A program made the translations under genes and the position numbers. 64,000 bases of DNA from IMG/VR virus record IMGVR_UViG_3300044986_000731, positions 1-64,000 of that record; one strand, written 5' to 3'. Below are positions 46,801 to 55,694 of this stretch, piece by piece. This DNA is from a virus. Below the pieces are notes generated by a model. The model was given only the letters and a program-made list of their open reading frames with translations. It was not told the DNA's origin and searched no databases. The stretch's first letter is position 1. The number at the start of each line of letters is the position of its first letter.

Positions 46801-47007
46801 ATCCACCGCACATCCGACGCCGACTCTTATCGAGACTCCGAGAGCGTCACGTTCACGCCCGAGCAGCGTGAACTGATCGAGGCCGAGGTCTCTCGGTACG
46901 CGGCAGTCAACGCCCGCGAGTTCATCGCGGAATACATCGCAGGACAGTTGTCTGGAAAGATTTACTCTCCTGATATCACAGCGATCGCAAGGTCGATCTG
47001 GCGATGA
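43801..47007 (+). CDS. HK97-family portal protein with a C-terminal multi-domain extension of about 650 aa
   Basis: portal motifs in aa 1-410 (ACRILAESIASMPL, LWGN, IARVYRLP, NE.RR.ENLPP); then HiPIP-like, tag, unknown and zincin (HEACH) domains. Confidence 0.9.
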   Translation: MSEERVLSDVVWTPERGSADQPEVRSMYWNNLLFGDDGFNGRTQTSADIRITPDTALQSTVVLAACRILAESIASMPLHVYRRTKDGYREIASDVPLYKVLSFAPNEWQTKFEFFEQMVMNLTLWGNSYSRIRSGRYGAVSALDNFHPSNMEVERLENGRLRYSYMNPETGRVERYSQDDIMHVRWTPEPNGIKGMVPVEIAREAIALARACEIHAGRFWANSARPGIVLQTDSSLSPEAAERLRDNWERIHRGVDRASRTAILTNGLRVEQVGFNAEQSQYESTRRFQSEEIARVYRLPLSLIQGQSSGSIEENGQEFVTYTLVPWLRRIESAISRSLIYNDDVFFAEFDTKGLMRGNSNARAGFYSTMINLGLMTHNECRRAENLPPIGEIGDHHLVAMNLQPLEAATKPKEPPPGMPGMPGPPPEAAGGVPSLPGVKTGKTPTESEQGEASEKKPDEPLVEYAEGKFGRVKHVMEEGTLDLKSGEKIEVEPGKPVALVVDEETGEEVGVEASKLKPVEEKPAVEEKRGLTPQSEALYKSQEEIARKHGRWKQADAHYVPRSPFATKGMVCRNCVYYEDGGACEIVKGGINPDGICKLWVIPSEKLVETRSPEEEARSADCGRDEGGRFGSGNKCQEDGSGGGGSGGGMSSPAGGEPDKVYGSVSPDVKLPPPVRTIDAEALLEQISKNPNGFTLDPYSAESPSDGIMVSEFKNDSRRSVKLSAKDIVTKEGRDSFANWLKSNSDVLQGFEGERFVGGWRAGDDFYIDISTRFSPEEAERALEVGRDSGQLAVFNLGTLKETWVQYDSGDDRKPPEWDRAFARARKDAQVDQVYGDAPDLQDEDIAADLSKHGKKTVRAYNLAEETENGTAAAVRRAGEEEEPVGDVPRDADVLREGRGEPRQDSRSVVVRGRAGPDAATVRGSDAARRLIENAEAAYRAAFGSTPFPRVEFRDIGDAYAYYSPEDDTLYVSPDAGEPDDSDGWTSSGNPLLHEACHRIHRTSDADSYRDSESVTFTPEQRELIEAEVSRYAAVNAREFIAEYIAGQLSGKIYSPDITAIARSIWR
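46409..46597 (+). CDS. nested out-of-frame 62-aa ORF within the portal linker
   Basis: TATAAT 46384-46389, GAGGAG 46396-46401, ATG 46409. Confidence 0.5.
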   Translation: MEQPQRFDVPAKKKSLLETYRAMRTYFEKVAESQGKTLDPSWYEDGPDQMPQLYEDQTPQDG

Positions 47008-50000
47008 TTTTCCTAGAGAAGAAATACTCGGCTGCCGAGTATCGCAGTCTCGTCGAGGCTCGCGGAGACGGGCAGTGCACGGACAGTGATCGCCAAGAAG
47101 GCGGCAGGTTCGGCGATGGGAACGACTGCCAGAAGGAAGGAAGCGGTAGCGGCGATAGTTCCCAGACGAAAACGAAGTCCAAGGCGAAGTCCGGAGGCTC
47201 TGATGTCAAGGAGCCTCTCTCGTGGAGTCGCGGAAAGCCTCACATAACTCCGTTCGAGTCGGTTTCAAGCAACAACCCGACCCGGAGGTCTGAGGACGGA
47301 AAGAAGATTGAGTCCACGTCCATCGAAGGCGCCGTTGTCACTCAGGCAATCGCCGGAAAAGACGAGGTCGACCCAATATCTGTGGGCCGACACCTGCTTT
47401 CGGTTCAGGCAGAGCATCGCGGAAGGCCGATCGACACAACTGAAGAACTTCAGGGCGATGATTTCGAGTACATGGTCTCTGGTGTCGCTGCTCAGGTCGA
47501 AGCGGCTATGGCGAGAGGAGTGAGACCTAACTTTTACAGCCCGCAAGATCGCAAGGCCCAGATGGACGAGTACGCGAAGATTCAGCCTCTCATGCGAGGC
47601 GGAAGAACAGCGTCTGGATTTTGCATCGGCGTGGAAGGCCCGAACGGAGAGTGCGATCCGGGGAGTGATATATCTCCACAGGCTGAGTTCCTTTTCAGGG
47701 CCGCACAGGCTCTCACATCGCCAGAAGCAAACCCGTTCGAGAACATGCTCCGGGCGGACAAGGTATTGACTGCTTTCTTTGAGCAGCCGGACCCGGATAA
47801 AGCGAAACTTGGACTCGGACTGAGTATGCCCGGAGCCGGTGCCGGCGAGGCGATCAAAAACTTCTCTCGACTGCAAAAGATCATCGACAGGGTAGGGCTT
47901 GATGAGGCAAGGCGGCTTTTCTCCGAGCCGCCTCTCAGGGCCGGAGACTTCGAGAGATACTTTCTGGACAGGATACCGGGGACTGAGGGGGATCGTTACA
48001 AGGCAAACGACTACGCCGTCGACGAGGTCGTTCCTCTGTTCAGCATCTTTGGCCCGAAGGTTGGGCCTTTCTTCGCGAACAACACAGGAGACCTCGATGC
48101 GCTAACTGCGGACATCTGGTTCACTCGAACATGGGGAAGACTCTCCGGCGAGTTGATCGAGCAGACAAAGCCGTCGCTGGCAAAGACTCACGCTTCAAAA
48201 CTCATGTCGATGACGTCAGAAGTTCCAAGAAAGGAACTCTCCGCAATAGGCGTGGACGGCAGGCAGTTCAGGACTGCCATCTCAGGAATGAAAAAGAGCG
48301 GCGTCATTCCGCAGACTGTGATTTCTTGGGCAGAGAAAAGAATCAAGCAGTACTCAAAGGACGGGTTCCCGAGTCCGGAGAAAAAAACAGGAACGCAGGA
48401 GCGGTACGAACTCGACAGGCTTGCTATAGCAATCTCCAAAAATCAAACGAGAGTTCTCAAGACCCCAACAACAACCGTCATGCGGTCAAACATGATCCGC
48501 GTGATGAAGGAGGCGTCCGCTCGCACGGGAGTCCCCGTCGCGTACATGCAGGACATCCTGTGGCAAGACGAACAGGACGCTTGGGGGTCGCTCGGCTCTC
48601 GCACGACGACAACGCCGGGCGAACCGTCGCTTTACTCGGATGTGATCCGCAAGATCGTCGAGAACCCCCAGTACCGCGAAAAGCGACGAGCAAACAAGCG
48701 ATCGACTGACGACGTCGGCGAGCCGCAGGAGTACGAGTACCTCACTGACCAGAAGGGTGGACTGGAGCAGTCGCTGTACGAGGCGTTTATTCAGAACTTG
48801 AGCGACGACGAGTTCGCAGACCTCGCCATCGACCTGCTTACTCGCAATGCCGAGAAGAACGACGAGCAGAGAAACTTCGCAGCCCTCGACGTCGAGCAAC
48901 GCGCCGGCCTCGACTGCGGTCGGCAAGAAGGCGGCAGGTTCGGCCCGAAGAACATGTGCGCCGCAGATGACGGCGGCGCGAACGTGACTGGTGGCGGAGC
49001 GACAGCAACAGCACCGACAGCACCGAGCACGAGATGGCAGTCCAGCAATCGCGGCATCGTCAAGTGGTCTGGCAGCAGCCTCGCGAAGGACAGCCCGATT
49101 AGCGGAGGCGAGAAACTCCGCTCTGTCGAGATCAGGAGGCCGAAGGAACTCGCCAAGGCGATGGGTGACGTCCTTCCTGAGTCAGCGACGCTAGACGACG
49201 TCGTGACGATCGGCGGTGGTGCCGTGCGAGGGTCTGACCTGATGGTCACTGGCGTCGGAGACACGATCTCCACGCAGATGACTACGCCCGTCGATCCTTC
49301 GGAGCCTGAAGGCTGGAGGGTGTACTCCGACGTGCACATGTCAGGCGCAGACGGCGTGATCACCGCCGTCGATTACGGACTCCTCGAAATCTATCCGCCC
49401 GGAGCAGACGGCGATGATCCGTTCTATGACCCGCCGTCGCCGGACGACGCGGTCGTCAGTCGCATCACATCCATGATGATGGAGAGAATGACCGACTCGC
49501 TGATGACAGCAGAGAGGCTCGGTGCAGAGCAAGCAACGACGACGGCCATCGGGGATGGGCACTCTGACGCCCAGTGGAAGGGGTACCGACTCTGGCCGCA
49601 GTTCGGGTTCGACGGCCCGATCACTCCACGCACGGTGAGCATGATCGAGGACGAGCCGGACCTGACGTTCCTCTCGGACGAAGCCAGAGACAAGTGGGAC
49701 GCTGGCGAGCAACTCACAGTGCAGGACATCATCGCAACGCGAGAGGGCCGGCTCTGGTGGGACGAGAATGGATCGTCCACCGATATGTCATTCGACTTCA
49801 GCGACAAGTCATCGAAGGGCTACCGGCAGTTCGAGCGGATGAAGCGGCTCCTGCCGAAACTTCGCGAGCGAAACAAGAGCCGGAGTTGGATCGAGGCGTC
49901 CGAGTCTCGCAACTGCGCGAGAGAGGCGACCGGGCAGTTCGCCGACGGCAACGAATGCCAAGAGAAGGGCACCGGGACTGCCGAGTCGCAAGACTCGTGG

Positions 50001-53000
50001 CGGGAAGATGGCGGCACCGTCCTGTGGGACAGCGAGCGGCCTCCTGTTCGAGGCGAACTCGCCTCGCTGGAGGTGCAGGGCGGAAGAGACGTGGCGAAGG
50101 CGATGGAGTCGGTCGGCGTCGACTCTCTCGATAAGGTCGTCTCGCTCGGAGGCGGCACGGCGAGAGGCGCCGAGGTCCGCGTCTCTGCGTACGGCACGCA
50201 CACCGTAGCCGTGTCCACGCGAATTCCAATCGACCCGCAGGCCCCGCAGAGCGACGACCCGTACGAAGGTGCGGTGACATCCAGCGTGATGATCTCTCGC
50301 GGAAGGGACGGCAAGTCCACCCTGCACTACGGCAGCCTCTACACACCCATGTCGGTGTCGTCGGCCTCCGCCACGAAAGAGGACCGGCTTCGCATCGCGA
50401 GCCTGCTCAAGGAGCACTTCCTCGAATCGCTCTCGACCGCCGAGGCCGTTGGCATCTCGTCTGCGGACATGGCAGCAGCCGGAGACGCCGAGGACAAGTA
50501 TTTGCAGGGCTACCGGCTCTGGCCTCAGTTCGGCTTCGACGGCGAGGTGCCGAATCTCTCGGAGGTGCCAGACGAGATCGTGCTCAGGGCAGCAGGCATC
50601 GACATCCCACCCGCAGGCTCAACTCGAATCCCTCATGCGACCGTGATCCGCAGCCTCCGCAGCCGCGTCAGGAGCCTCACGGTGCAGCAACTCATCTCAG
50701 TCCGCGAGGGCGATCGCTGGTGGGACGAGAACGGCACTGACGTCTCGCTCTCGCTCGATCTCACGGACAAGACCTCGCTGGGATACAAGCGATATCAGGA
50801 AGCAAAGAAGTCCCTCGCCCGCCTGAAGGAACGCAACAAGTCTCGCGATTGGCTCGATTGGCTCGACGATTTGGAGTCGCGAGACGCCGACTGCGGACGC
50901 GACGAGAGCGGGCGTTTCGGCACCGGCAACGACTGCGGCGCCGGCGACGGGCAGCCGTCGGCCAAGGAGGACTCCAAGGCCAGAGACGCACGAATCAAGC
51001 AGGCGTCAAAATCTCTTCCACAATCAATAGCAGCGACTGACGCAAAGTCTCTCGGACTCGCCGCTCACAAGCAGTTCTCTCCAGTTGGTGTATCGAAAAA
51101 TTCAGACAATCTGCCGATCAAATCCGACGACGAACTTCGACGCGCGCTGCGCGGAATGACCGGACCGAAAGGAAGCCAAGTCCCGCAGCGCGACCTCGTC
51201 GGCGCGCATAGAAGGCTCGACAAGGGGCACCCAGTTGATCTCCGCATTGACATCAATGCGTTCGAGGATTTTGACACTTATGCCGTGACTGTGCACGAGC
51301 ACGCAGGAGGCAAGGGGGTCGGAAAGCCAATTGGGTTTGACTCGCTCGTGCGGCTGGGAGGTCGGGTTTCGTTCTCGTCTGACGAAAACGTAGCAACAAA
51401 AATCGCAATGGGCATCGGGAAGACGCCGATTGCGACTGTCAAGGGAATGTTCGACCCTTCTCGCGACATACCGAGCGACATCGATTCGTGGACTCCCGTC
51501 GGATTTGATCCAAAGAAGGCCGCGTACTTCTACGACAAGAGGACAGGAGACGAAGTCACAGGCGGAACAGACGCCGTGAGTGTTGGCAACTCGGTATTCG
51601 TCAGAGTCCCAGAGTACGCGAACCCTCCACGCAACGCCGCCCGTCAGTACCGCAACGCGGGCTTCTGGGGCCTCGAATCTCGCGACGCCGACTGCGGACG
51701 CGACGAAGGCGGGCGTTTCGGCTCCGGCAACAAGTGCCAAGAAGACGGCGAAGGCCCGGCCGCTGAGAAAGTGACGTGGTCTGCCGGCAGCGGCGAGCCG
51801 CCGTTCGAGGGCGCTGAGAAAGCAGCGAGCGTCTCGGTGAGCGGCAACAAAGAAGTGACCGATAGTCTGGATACGCTCGGAGTCGACAAGTCCAGCATCG
51901 TCGACCTCGCCGGTGCGGCCGGCGGATCAGTGTTCATTCGCCCGGCCCCGGACCTCACCACGAAACTCCCCGGAGGCGTGCTTCCGGTCCTGATCAGTTG
52001 GGACCGTCCGTTCGGGGGCGTGGACTACGGCATCGAGGGATCGTCTGCCGTCGGTAAGAACGACAAAGGCGAGTCGATCCTGTACCACTCCACGGTGACC
52101 GTCGATCCACGCGCGAAGGACACGCCGGCGAAGAGGCACGCAGCCGCGACCGCCTTCTACTCGATGATGAGCGAGAGCGTGCAGGCCGCGAGAAAGGCCG
52201 GCATCTCCGAGGTGCGATTCAATGCGTCCGGAAGCAAGGTCGACAAGTCGTGGAAGGGTTACACGATATGGCCCCGCATGGGCTTCGACGCACCGCTCCC
52301 CGCCGACCTCAAGGCGAAACTACCCGAGACTCTCTCGCACGCGAAGAGCCTCCTCGACCTCCACGCCACGCGAGAGGGCACGCAGTGGTGGAGCGAGAAC
52401 GGACGCGAGGTCGACGTGAGTTTCCGGCTCGACGACCCTTCGTCGCCGCAGGCCCGGATCATGTCGCGATTCATCAAGCGATTCTCGACCAACCGCCGAG
52501 ACATGCCTCTCGGCGCCGGCGACGGCTGGCTCTCTCCGGCCGACCTCGCGAGGTTCGATGAGTTGTGGGAAGAGATATGGGACGAGGGTGATCTCGACGA
52601 GTACGAATTCGCCGAGTCTCGCTCGGCTGATTGCGGGCGAGACGTGGGCGGTAGGTTTGACCAAGGGAATCAGTGCCAAAGAGGGGCAGGGAAAGTGGCA
52701 TCCCTCGCCCGGTCTGGTGCGAGCCACGAGGAACTGGTGTCTGCAATCTCTGAAGCCATCGGAACAAAGCGAGGTTGGTTCAGTGGCCCAGAGAAAGGCG
52801 AGTCGTCTCCGTCCGAGGTATGCGCTGCTCTCGGTCTCAACGTGGAGAACGACTGGATCGTAGATCAGCAGCACGAAGAGGCGTCGCAGTCCGATAGAGA
52901 GGCAATTGCAAGAACGATCGCTGAGTGCTACTCGGCTGTCCAGTCCTCTCCATCGCTGAAGGACGTCTCGTTTCACATTCAGACGGCAAGTTCGATGGCT

Positions 53001-53510
53001 AAATGGTCTGGCTTGCCTGCATCTGATTACGAGGGAACTCAGGGCACATACTTCCCCGGAGACGATGCGGTTCATGTCGTAGCCGGAACAATGCCTCAGT
53101 ATGTGACGCCTGAGTATCTTTACGAGACAGAGTACTCCTCCACTCCATCTCCCGCTCACACGCTCGTGCACGAAGTCGCGCATAAGGAGCACTACGAGAA
53201 CGCCAGCCGCGAACTTGGAATGCCGAGGCAAGCCAACGCAACCGACGCGCAGTCGCTGCGATGGGCGAAAAAAGTCGAGTCCGCGATTGAGCAAAACTTA
53301 GAGCGCGAAGGAGAAAAAGACCCCGCATGGGCTGAGAGGGTTACGTCGAAGGTTCCGACCTTGGGGTTTTATGCGACAACCGACCCGTTTGAGTTTGTGG
53401 CCGAGTACTCGACGGCGGTGAAACTGGGTTACAAGAAAAACGATGCCGACCTCGACAGAATGTGCAAGGCACTTCTAGCACCAGTTCCCAGAAAGGAGAA
53501 GCGAGCATGA
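47004..53510 (+). CDS. 2168-aa polyvalent head-associated polyprotein (six tagged modules)
   Basis: six C..R...G.F..[GK]N.C tags; HhH-like domain, three GY.[LI]WP..GFD domains, an unknown domain, zincin HEVAH. Confidence 0.85.
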   Translation: MIFLEKKYSAAEYRSLVEARGDGQCTDSDRQEGGRFGDGNDCQKEGSGSGDSSQTKTKSKAKSGGSDVKEPLSWSRGKPHITPFESVSSNNPTRRSEDGKKIESTSIEGAVVTQAIAGKDEVDPISVGRHLLSVQAEHRGRPIDTTEELQGDDFEYMVSGVAAQVEAAMARGVRPNFYSPQDRKAQMDEYAKIQPLMRGGRTASGFCIGVEGPNGECDPGSDISPQAEFLFRAAQALTSPEANPFENMLRADKVLTAFFEQPDPDKAKLGLGLSMPGAGAGEAIKNFSRLQKIIDRVGLDEARRLFSEPPLRAGDFERYFLDRIPGTEGDRYKANDYAVDEVVPLFSIFGPKVGPFFANNTGDLDALTADIWFTRTWGRLSGELIEQTKPSLAKTHASKLMSMTSEVPRKELSAIGVDGRQFRTAISGMKKSGVIPQTVISWAEKRIKQYSKDGFPSPEKKTGTQERYELDRLAIAISKNQTRVLKTPTTTVMRSNMIRVMKEASARTGVPVAYMQDILWQDEQDAWGSLGSRTTTTPGEPSLYSDVIRKIVENPQYREKRRANKRSTDDVGEPQEYEYLTDQKGGLEQSLYEAFIQNLSDDEFADLAIDLLTRNAEKNDEQRNFAALDVEQRAGLDCGRQEGGRFGPKNMCAADDGGANVTGGGATATAPTAPSTRWQSSNRGIVKWSGSSLAKDSPISGGEKLRSVEIRRPKELAKAMGDVLPESATLDDVVTIGGGAVRGSDLMVTGVGDTISTQMTTPVDPSEPEGWRVYSDVHMSGADGVITAVDYGLLEIYPPGADGDDPFYDPPSPDDAVVSRITSMMMERMTDSLMTAERLGAEQATTTAIGDGHSDAQWKGYRLWPQFGFDGPITPRTVSMIEDEPDLTFLSDEARDKWDAGEQLTVQDIIATREGRLWWDENGSSTDMSFDFSDKSSKGYRQFERMKRLLPKLRERNKSRSWIEASESRNCAREATGQFADGNECQEKGTGTAESQDSWREDGGTVLWDSERPPVRGELASLEVQGGRDVAKAMESVGVDSLDKVVSLGGGTARGAEVRVSAYGTHTVAVSTRIPIDPQAPQSDDPYEGAVTSSVMISRGRDGKSTLHYGSLYTPMSVSSASATKEDRLRIASLLKEHFLESLSTAEAVGISSADMAAAGDAEDKYLQGYRLWPQFGFDGEVPNLSEVPDEIVLRAAGIDIPPAGSTRIPHATVIRSLRSRVRSLTVQQLISVREGDRWWDENGTDVSLSLDLTDKTSLGYKRYQEAKKSLARLKERNKSRDWLDWLDDLESRDADCGRDESGRFGTGNDCGAGDGQPSAKEDSKARDARIKQASKSLPQSIAATDAKSLGLAAHKQFSPVGVSKNSDNLPIKSDDELRRALRGMTGPKGSQVPQRDLVGAHRRLDKGHPVDLRIDINAFEDFDTYAVTVHEHAGGKGVGKPIGFDSLVRLGGRVSFSSDENVATKIAMGIGKTPIATVKGMFDPSRDIPSDIDSWTPVGFDPKKAAYFYDKRTGDEVTGGTDAVSVGNSVFVRVPEYANPPRNAARQYRNAGFWGLESRDADCGRDEGGRFGSGNKCQEDGEGPAAEKVTWSAGSGEPPFEGAEKAASVSVSGNKEVTDSLDTLGVDKSSIVDLAGAAGGSVFIRPAPDLTTKLPGGVLPVLISWDRPFGGVDYGIEGSSAVGKNDKGESILYHSTVTVDPRAKDTPAKRHAAATAFYSMMSESVQAARKAGISEVRFNASGSKVDKSWKGYTIWPRMGFDAPLPADLKAKLPETLSHAKSLLDLHATREGTQWWSENGREVDVSFRLDDPSSPQARIMSRFIKRFSTNRRDMPLGAGDGWLSPADLARFDELWEEIWDEGDLDEYEFAESRSADCGRDVGGRFDQGNQCQRGAGKVASLARSGASHEELVSAISEAIGTKRGWFSGPEKGESSPSEVCAALGLNVENDWIVDQQHEEASQSDREAIARTIAECYSAVQSSPSLKDVSFHIQTASSMAKWSGLPASDYEGTQGTYFPGDDAVHVVAGTMPQYVTPEYLYETEYSSTPSPAHTLVHEVAHKEHYENASRELGMPRQANATDAQSLRWAKKVESAIEQNLEREGEKDPAWAERVTSKVPTLGFYATTDPFEFVAEYSTAVKLGYKKNDADLDRMCKALLAPVPRKEKRA

Positions 53511-53641
53511 CTCAGGTCGTGAAGACAGACAAGAACGAGAGCACTGAAAGCATTCGCAAGAGGCTTGAGAAGATCGGCGACCGGAAGGTTCCTGAGTTCT
53601 GGAAGAAGATGTTCACTGGAAAAAACGATGGCAAAGCCTGA
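53507..53641 (+). CDS. 44-aa hypothetical protein MTQVVKTDK...
   Basis: GAAAGGAG RBS; ATGA overlap with the polyprotein stop; below the ORF-track cutoff. Confidence 0.55.
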   Translation: MTQVVKTDKNESTESIRKRLEKIGDRKVPEFWKKMFTGKNDGKA

Positions 53642-55694
53642 AAAATACGCGCACATCGACTTCAAGCCTCCCAACGGCGTTCGCCGCGAGGCCGAGTACG
53701 GATTGAAACTCCGCCGCGAGCACGGACGCGGAGGCACGGCCGTGGGCATCGCCCGCGCGAGAGACTTGTCGAACGGAGTTGAAGTCTCGCCGAGCACGGT
53801 GCGGCGGATGAAGGCGTTCTTCGATAGGCATGCGTCGGATGCGAAGGCGCCCGGTTTCAATCGCGGTGACGAGCAGTATCCCTCAAACGGGCTGATAGCC
53901 AACAAATTGTGGGGTGGCCCGAGTGGCTACTCGTGGTCAAAGAAGGTAGTCGCACAAATGGAAGCGGCCGACCGCAAGGCCGGAGACAGCCGCTCGCTCC
54001 GCCCGTACGGCTCGACGCACGGCATGAAACCGCGAGTCAAGGTCGTTTACGGTGCCCCCGGCTCTGGCAAGAGCGATTACGTGTGGGCGAAGAAACGCGA
54101 TGACGATGTCGTCTTCGACTTCGATCGGATCATGTCTGCAATCTCCGGCCTGCCGTATCGCCAGCACAACAAGAGACTGATCTCTTACTGCACAGACATT
54201 CGAGCGCTTATCCTGAAAAAAGCGTTGTACGGAAACGATAATACGACGTGGATCATCACGACTCGTGTGAACGATGACTTGGCTGATTCGCTCGGAGACA
54301 TACCGGTCGAGTACATCGAGATGGAGGCGACGAAGGACGAGTGCCTGAAGCGGGTCAACGAGTCACCCGAGTGGCAACCAGTCATCGAGGAGATCAAACA
54401 GGTGATCGACGAATACTTTTCCGATCGCGAAGAGCAGCGTTCCGCAGACACCCGCGCGGGCGTCGAGCGCCGGTACCTCGGCAACTTCTCGCAGACAGAG
54501 AAGGCCGACCCGGGCATGCTGCGAGTCGAGCGTCGCGCTGATCCGTCGACTGGAAAGCCACGGACGTACCTTGTCGGCTATGCGGCCGTGTTTCACAAGG
54601 ACAGTTTGATGCTGGGTGATTTCATCGAGCGCATTCACCCGGACGCATTCCAGATTGTGAAGGACCGTCAGGACGAGGACGGAAAGCCTCTGGAAACGCG
54701 ATGCCTTTTCAACCACAGCGCCGATCACCTCCTCGGCAGGTTCCCGACGACGATGCGAATGACGGTCGACGACAAGGGACTGCGGTACGAGTGCCTGCTG
54801 CCAGAGTCTCGCGCGGACGTTGCAGAGTTGGTGGAAAGAGGCGACCTCAAGGGTTCAAGTTTCAGTTTCGTCGTGCACCCGGACGGTGGAGAGGAATGGA
54901 AGACCGAGGACGGGCAGTCAATTAGAGTCGTAAAAAAAATAAAGGCGCTCCTCGATTGTGGCCCAGTCACCTACCCGGCGTATGGCGATGCCAGCGTTGC
55001 AGTCGCGAAGAGAAGTTACGAGACGCACGTCATTGAGCGACGCAGTGACGTGAAAATGGCAGGAGCCAAGAAGACGAAGCGTCCTCGCCGGCCTGACGTG
55101 TCCTCTTCGGTCGACAGCCTGAAGGCTTTCCTCGCAGAGCGGCGAAGCGGCGAGTGCGGCCGTGACGAGTCAGGCCGGTTCGGCTCGGGCAACAAGTGCC
55201 AAGACGACGGCGGAGGAGACGAAGACTCTGATCCGCCTGCCGAGCAGCCCGCATCCGACAGCGGCAAGGGCGTCGCTGAGTTGTCTCCGAAGCCGAAGTC
55301 ATCTCGCCCCAACTACATGGAAGTCTCCGGTCCGATGACCAAGGCCAAGGCAAAGGCCGCTCAGAAATTCATCGACGACGCGCGTCAGGGGCAACTCGAA
55401 CGCGGCGGCAAGGACGGAGGTCAGTCCGACGACGGAGGTGGTGTGCAGACGTGGAGCAAGGGCGACTCGTATCCGTGGACGACGAAGCAGGTCGGCACCG
55501 ACTCTGGGTACCTGCAAGCACAGCACCCAGACGGATCGAAGACTCAGAAGTACACGTTCGAGCGTGGCGACACAAAGCCAGCACTGGACGCGCTAAACGC
55601 CGAACTGAAGAAGAAGGGCAAGAAGCCGGACACCCGTAGTCTGGTTACGCACACTATCGCAGAGACCATGAAGTTCTTGCGGGAGCGACGCTGA
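53628..55694 (+). CDS. HK97-type prohead protease (S78) fused to an N-terminal domain, a P-loop kinase-like domain and a tagged C-terminal extension
   Basis: LVGYAAVF, FIERI..DAF, LFNH, LLGR, DDKGL, RGDLKGSSFSF, VTYPAY; GAPGSGKS upstream. Confidence 0.88.
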   Translation: MAKPEKYAHIDFKPPNGVRREAEYGLKLRREHGRGGTAVGIARARDLSNGVEVSPSTVRRMKAFFDRHASDAKAPGFNRGDEQYPSNGLIANKLWGGPSGYSWSKKVVAQMEAADRKAGDSRSLRPYGSTHGMKPRVKVVYGAPGSGKSDYVWAKKRDDDVVFDFDRIMSAISGLPYRQHNKRLISYCTDIRALILKKALYGNDNTTWIITTRVNDDLADSLGDIPVEYIEMEATKDECLKRVNESPEWQPVIEEIKQVIDEYFSDREEQRSADTRAGVERRYLGNFSQTEKADPGMLRVERRADPSTGKPRTYLVGYAAVFHKDSLMLGDFIERIHPDAFQIVKDRQDEDGKPLETRCLFNHSADHLLGRFPTTMRMTVDDKGLRYECLLPESRADVAELVERGDLKGSSFSFVVHPDGGEEWKTEDGQSIRVVKKIKALLDCGPVTYPAYGDASVAVAKRSYETHVIERRSDVKMAGAKKTKRPRRPDVSSSVDSLKAFLAERRSGECGRDESGRFGSGNKCQDDGGGDEDSDPPAEQPASDSGKGVAELSPKPKSSRPNYMEVSGPMTKAKAKAAQKFIDDARQGQLERGGKDGGQSDDGGGVQTWSKGDSYPWTTKQVGTDSGYLQAQHPDGSKTQKYTFERGDTKPALDALNAELKKKGKKPDTRSLVTHTIAETMKFLRERR

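Noticed and set aside
47004-53510. Inteins as the explanation for the Cys-initiated inserts
   Set aside because: No HINT block motifs or His-Asn/Cys-Ser-Thr junctions recognised; the Cys motif is a short paired-Cys tag
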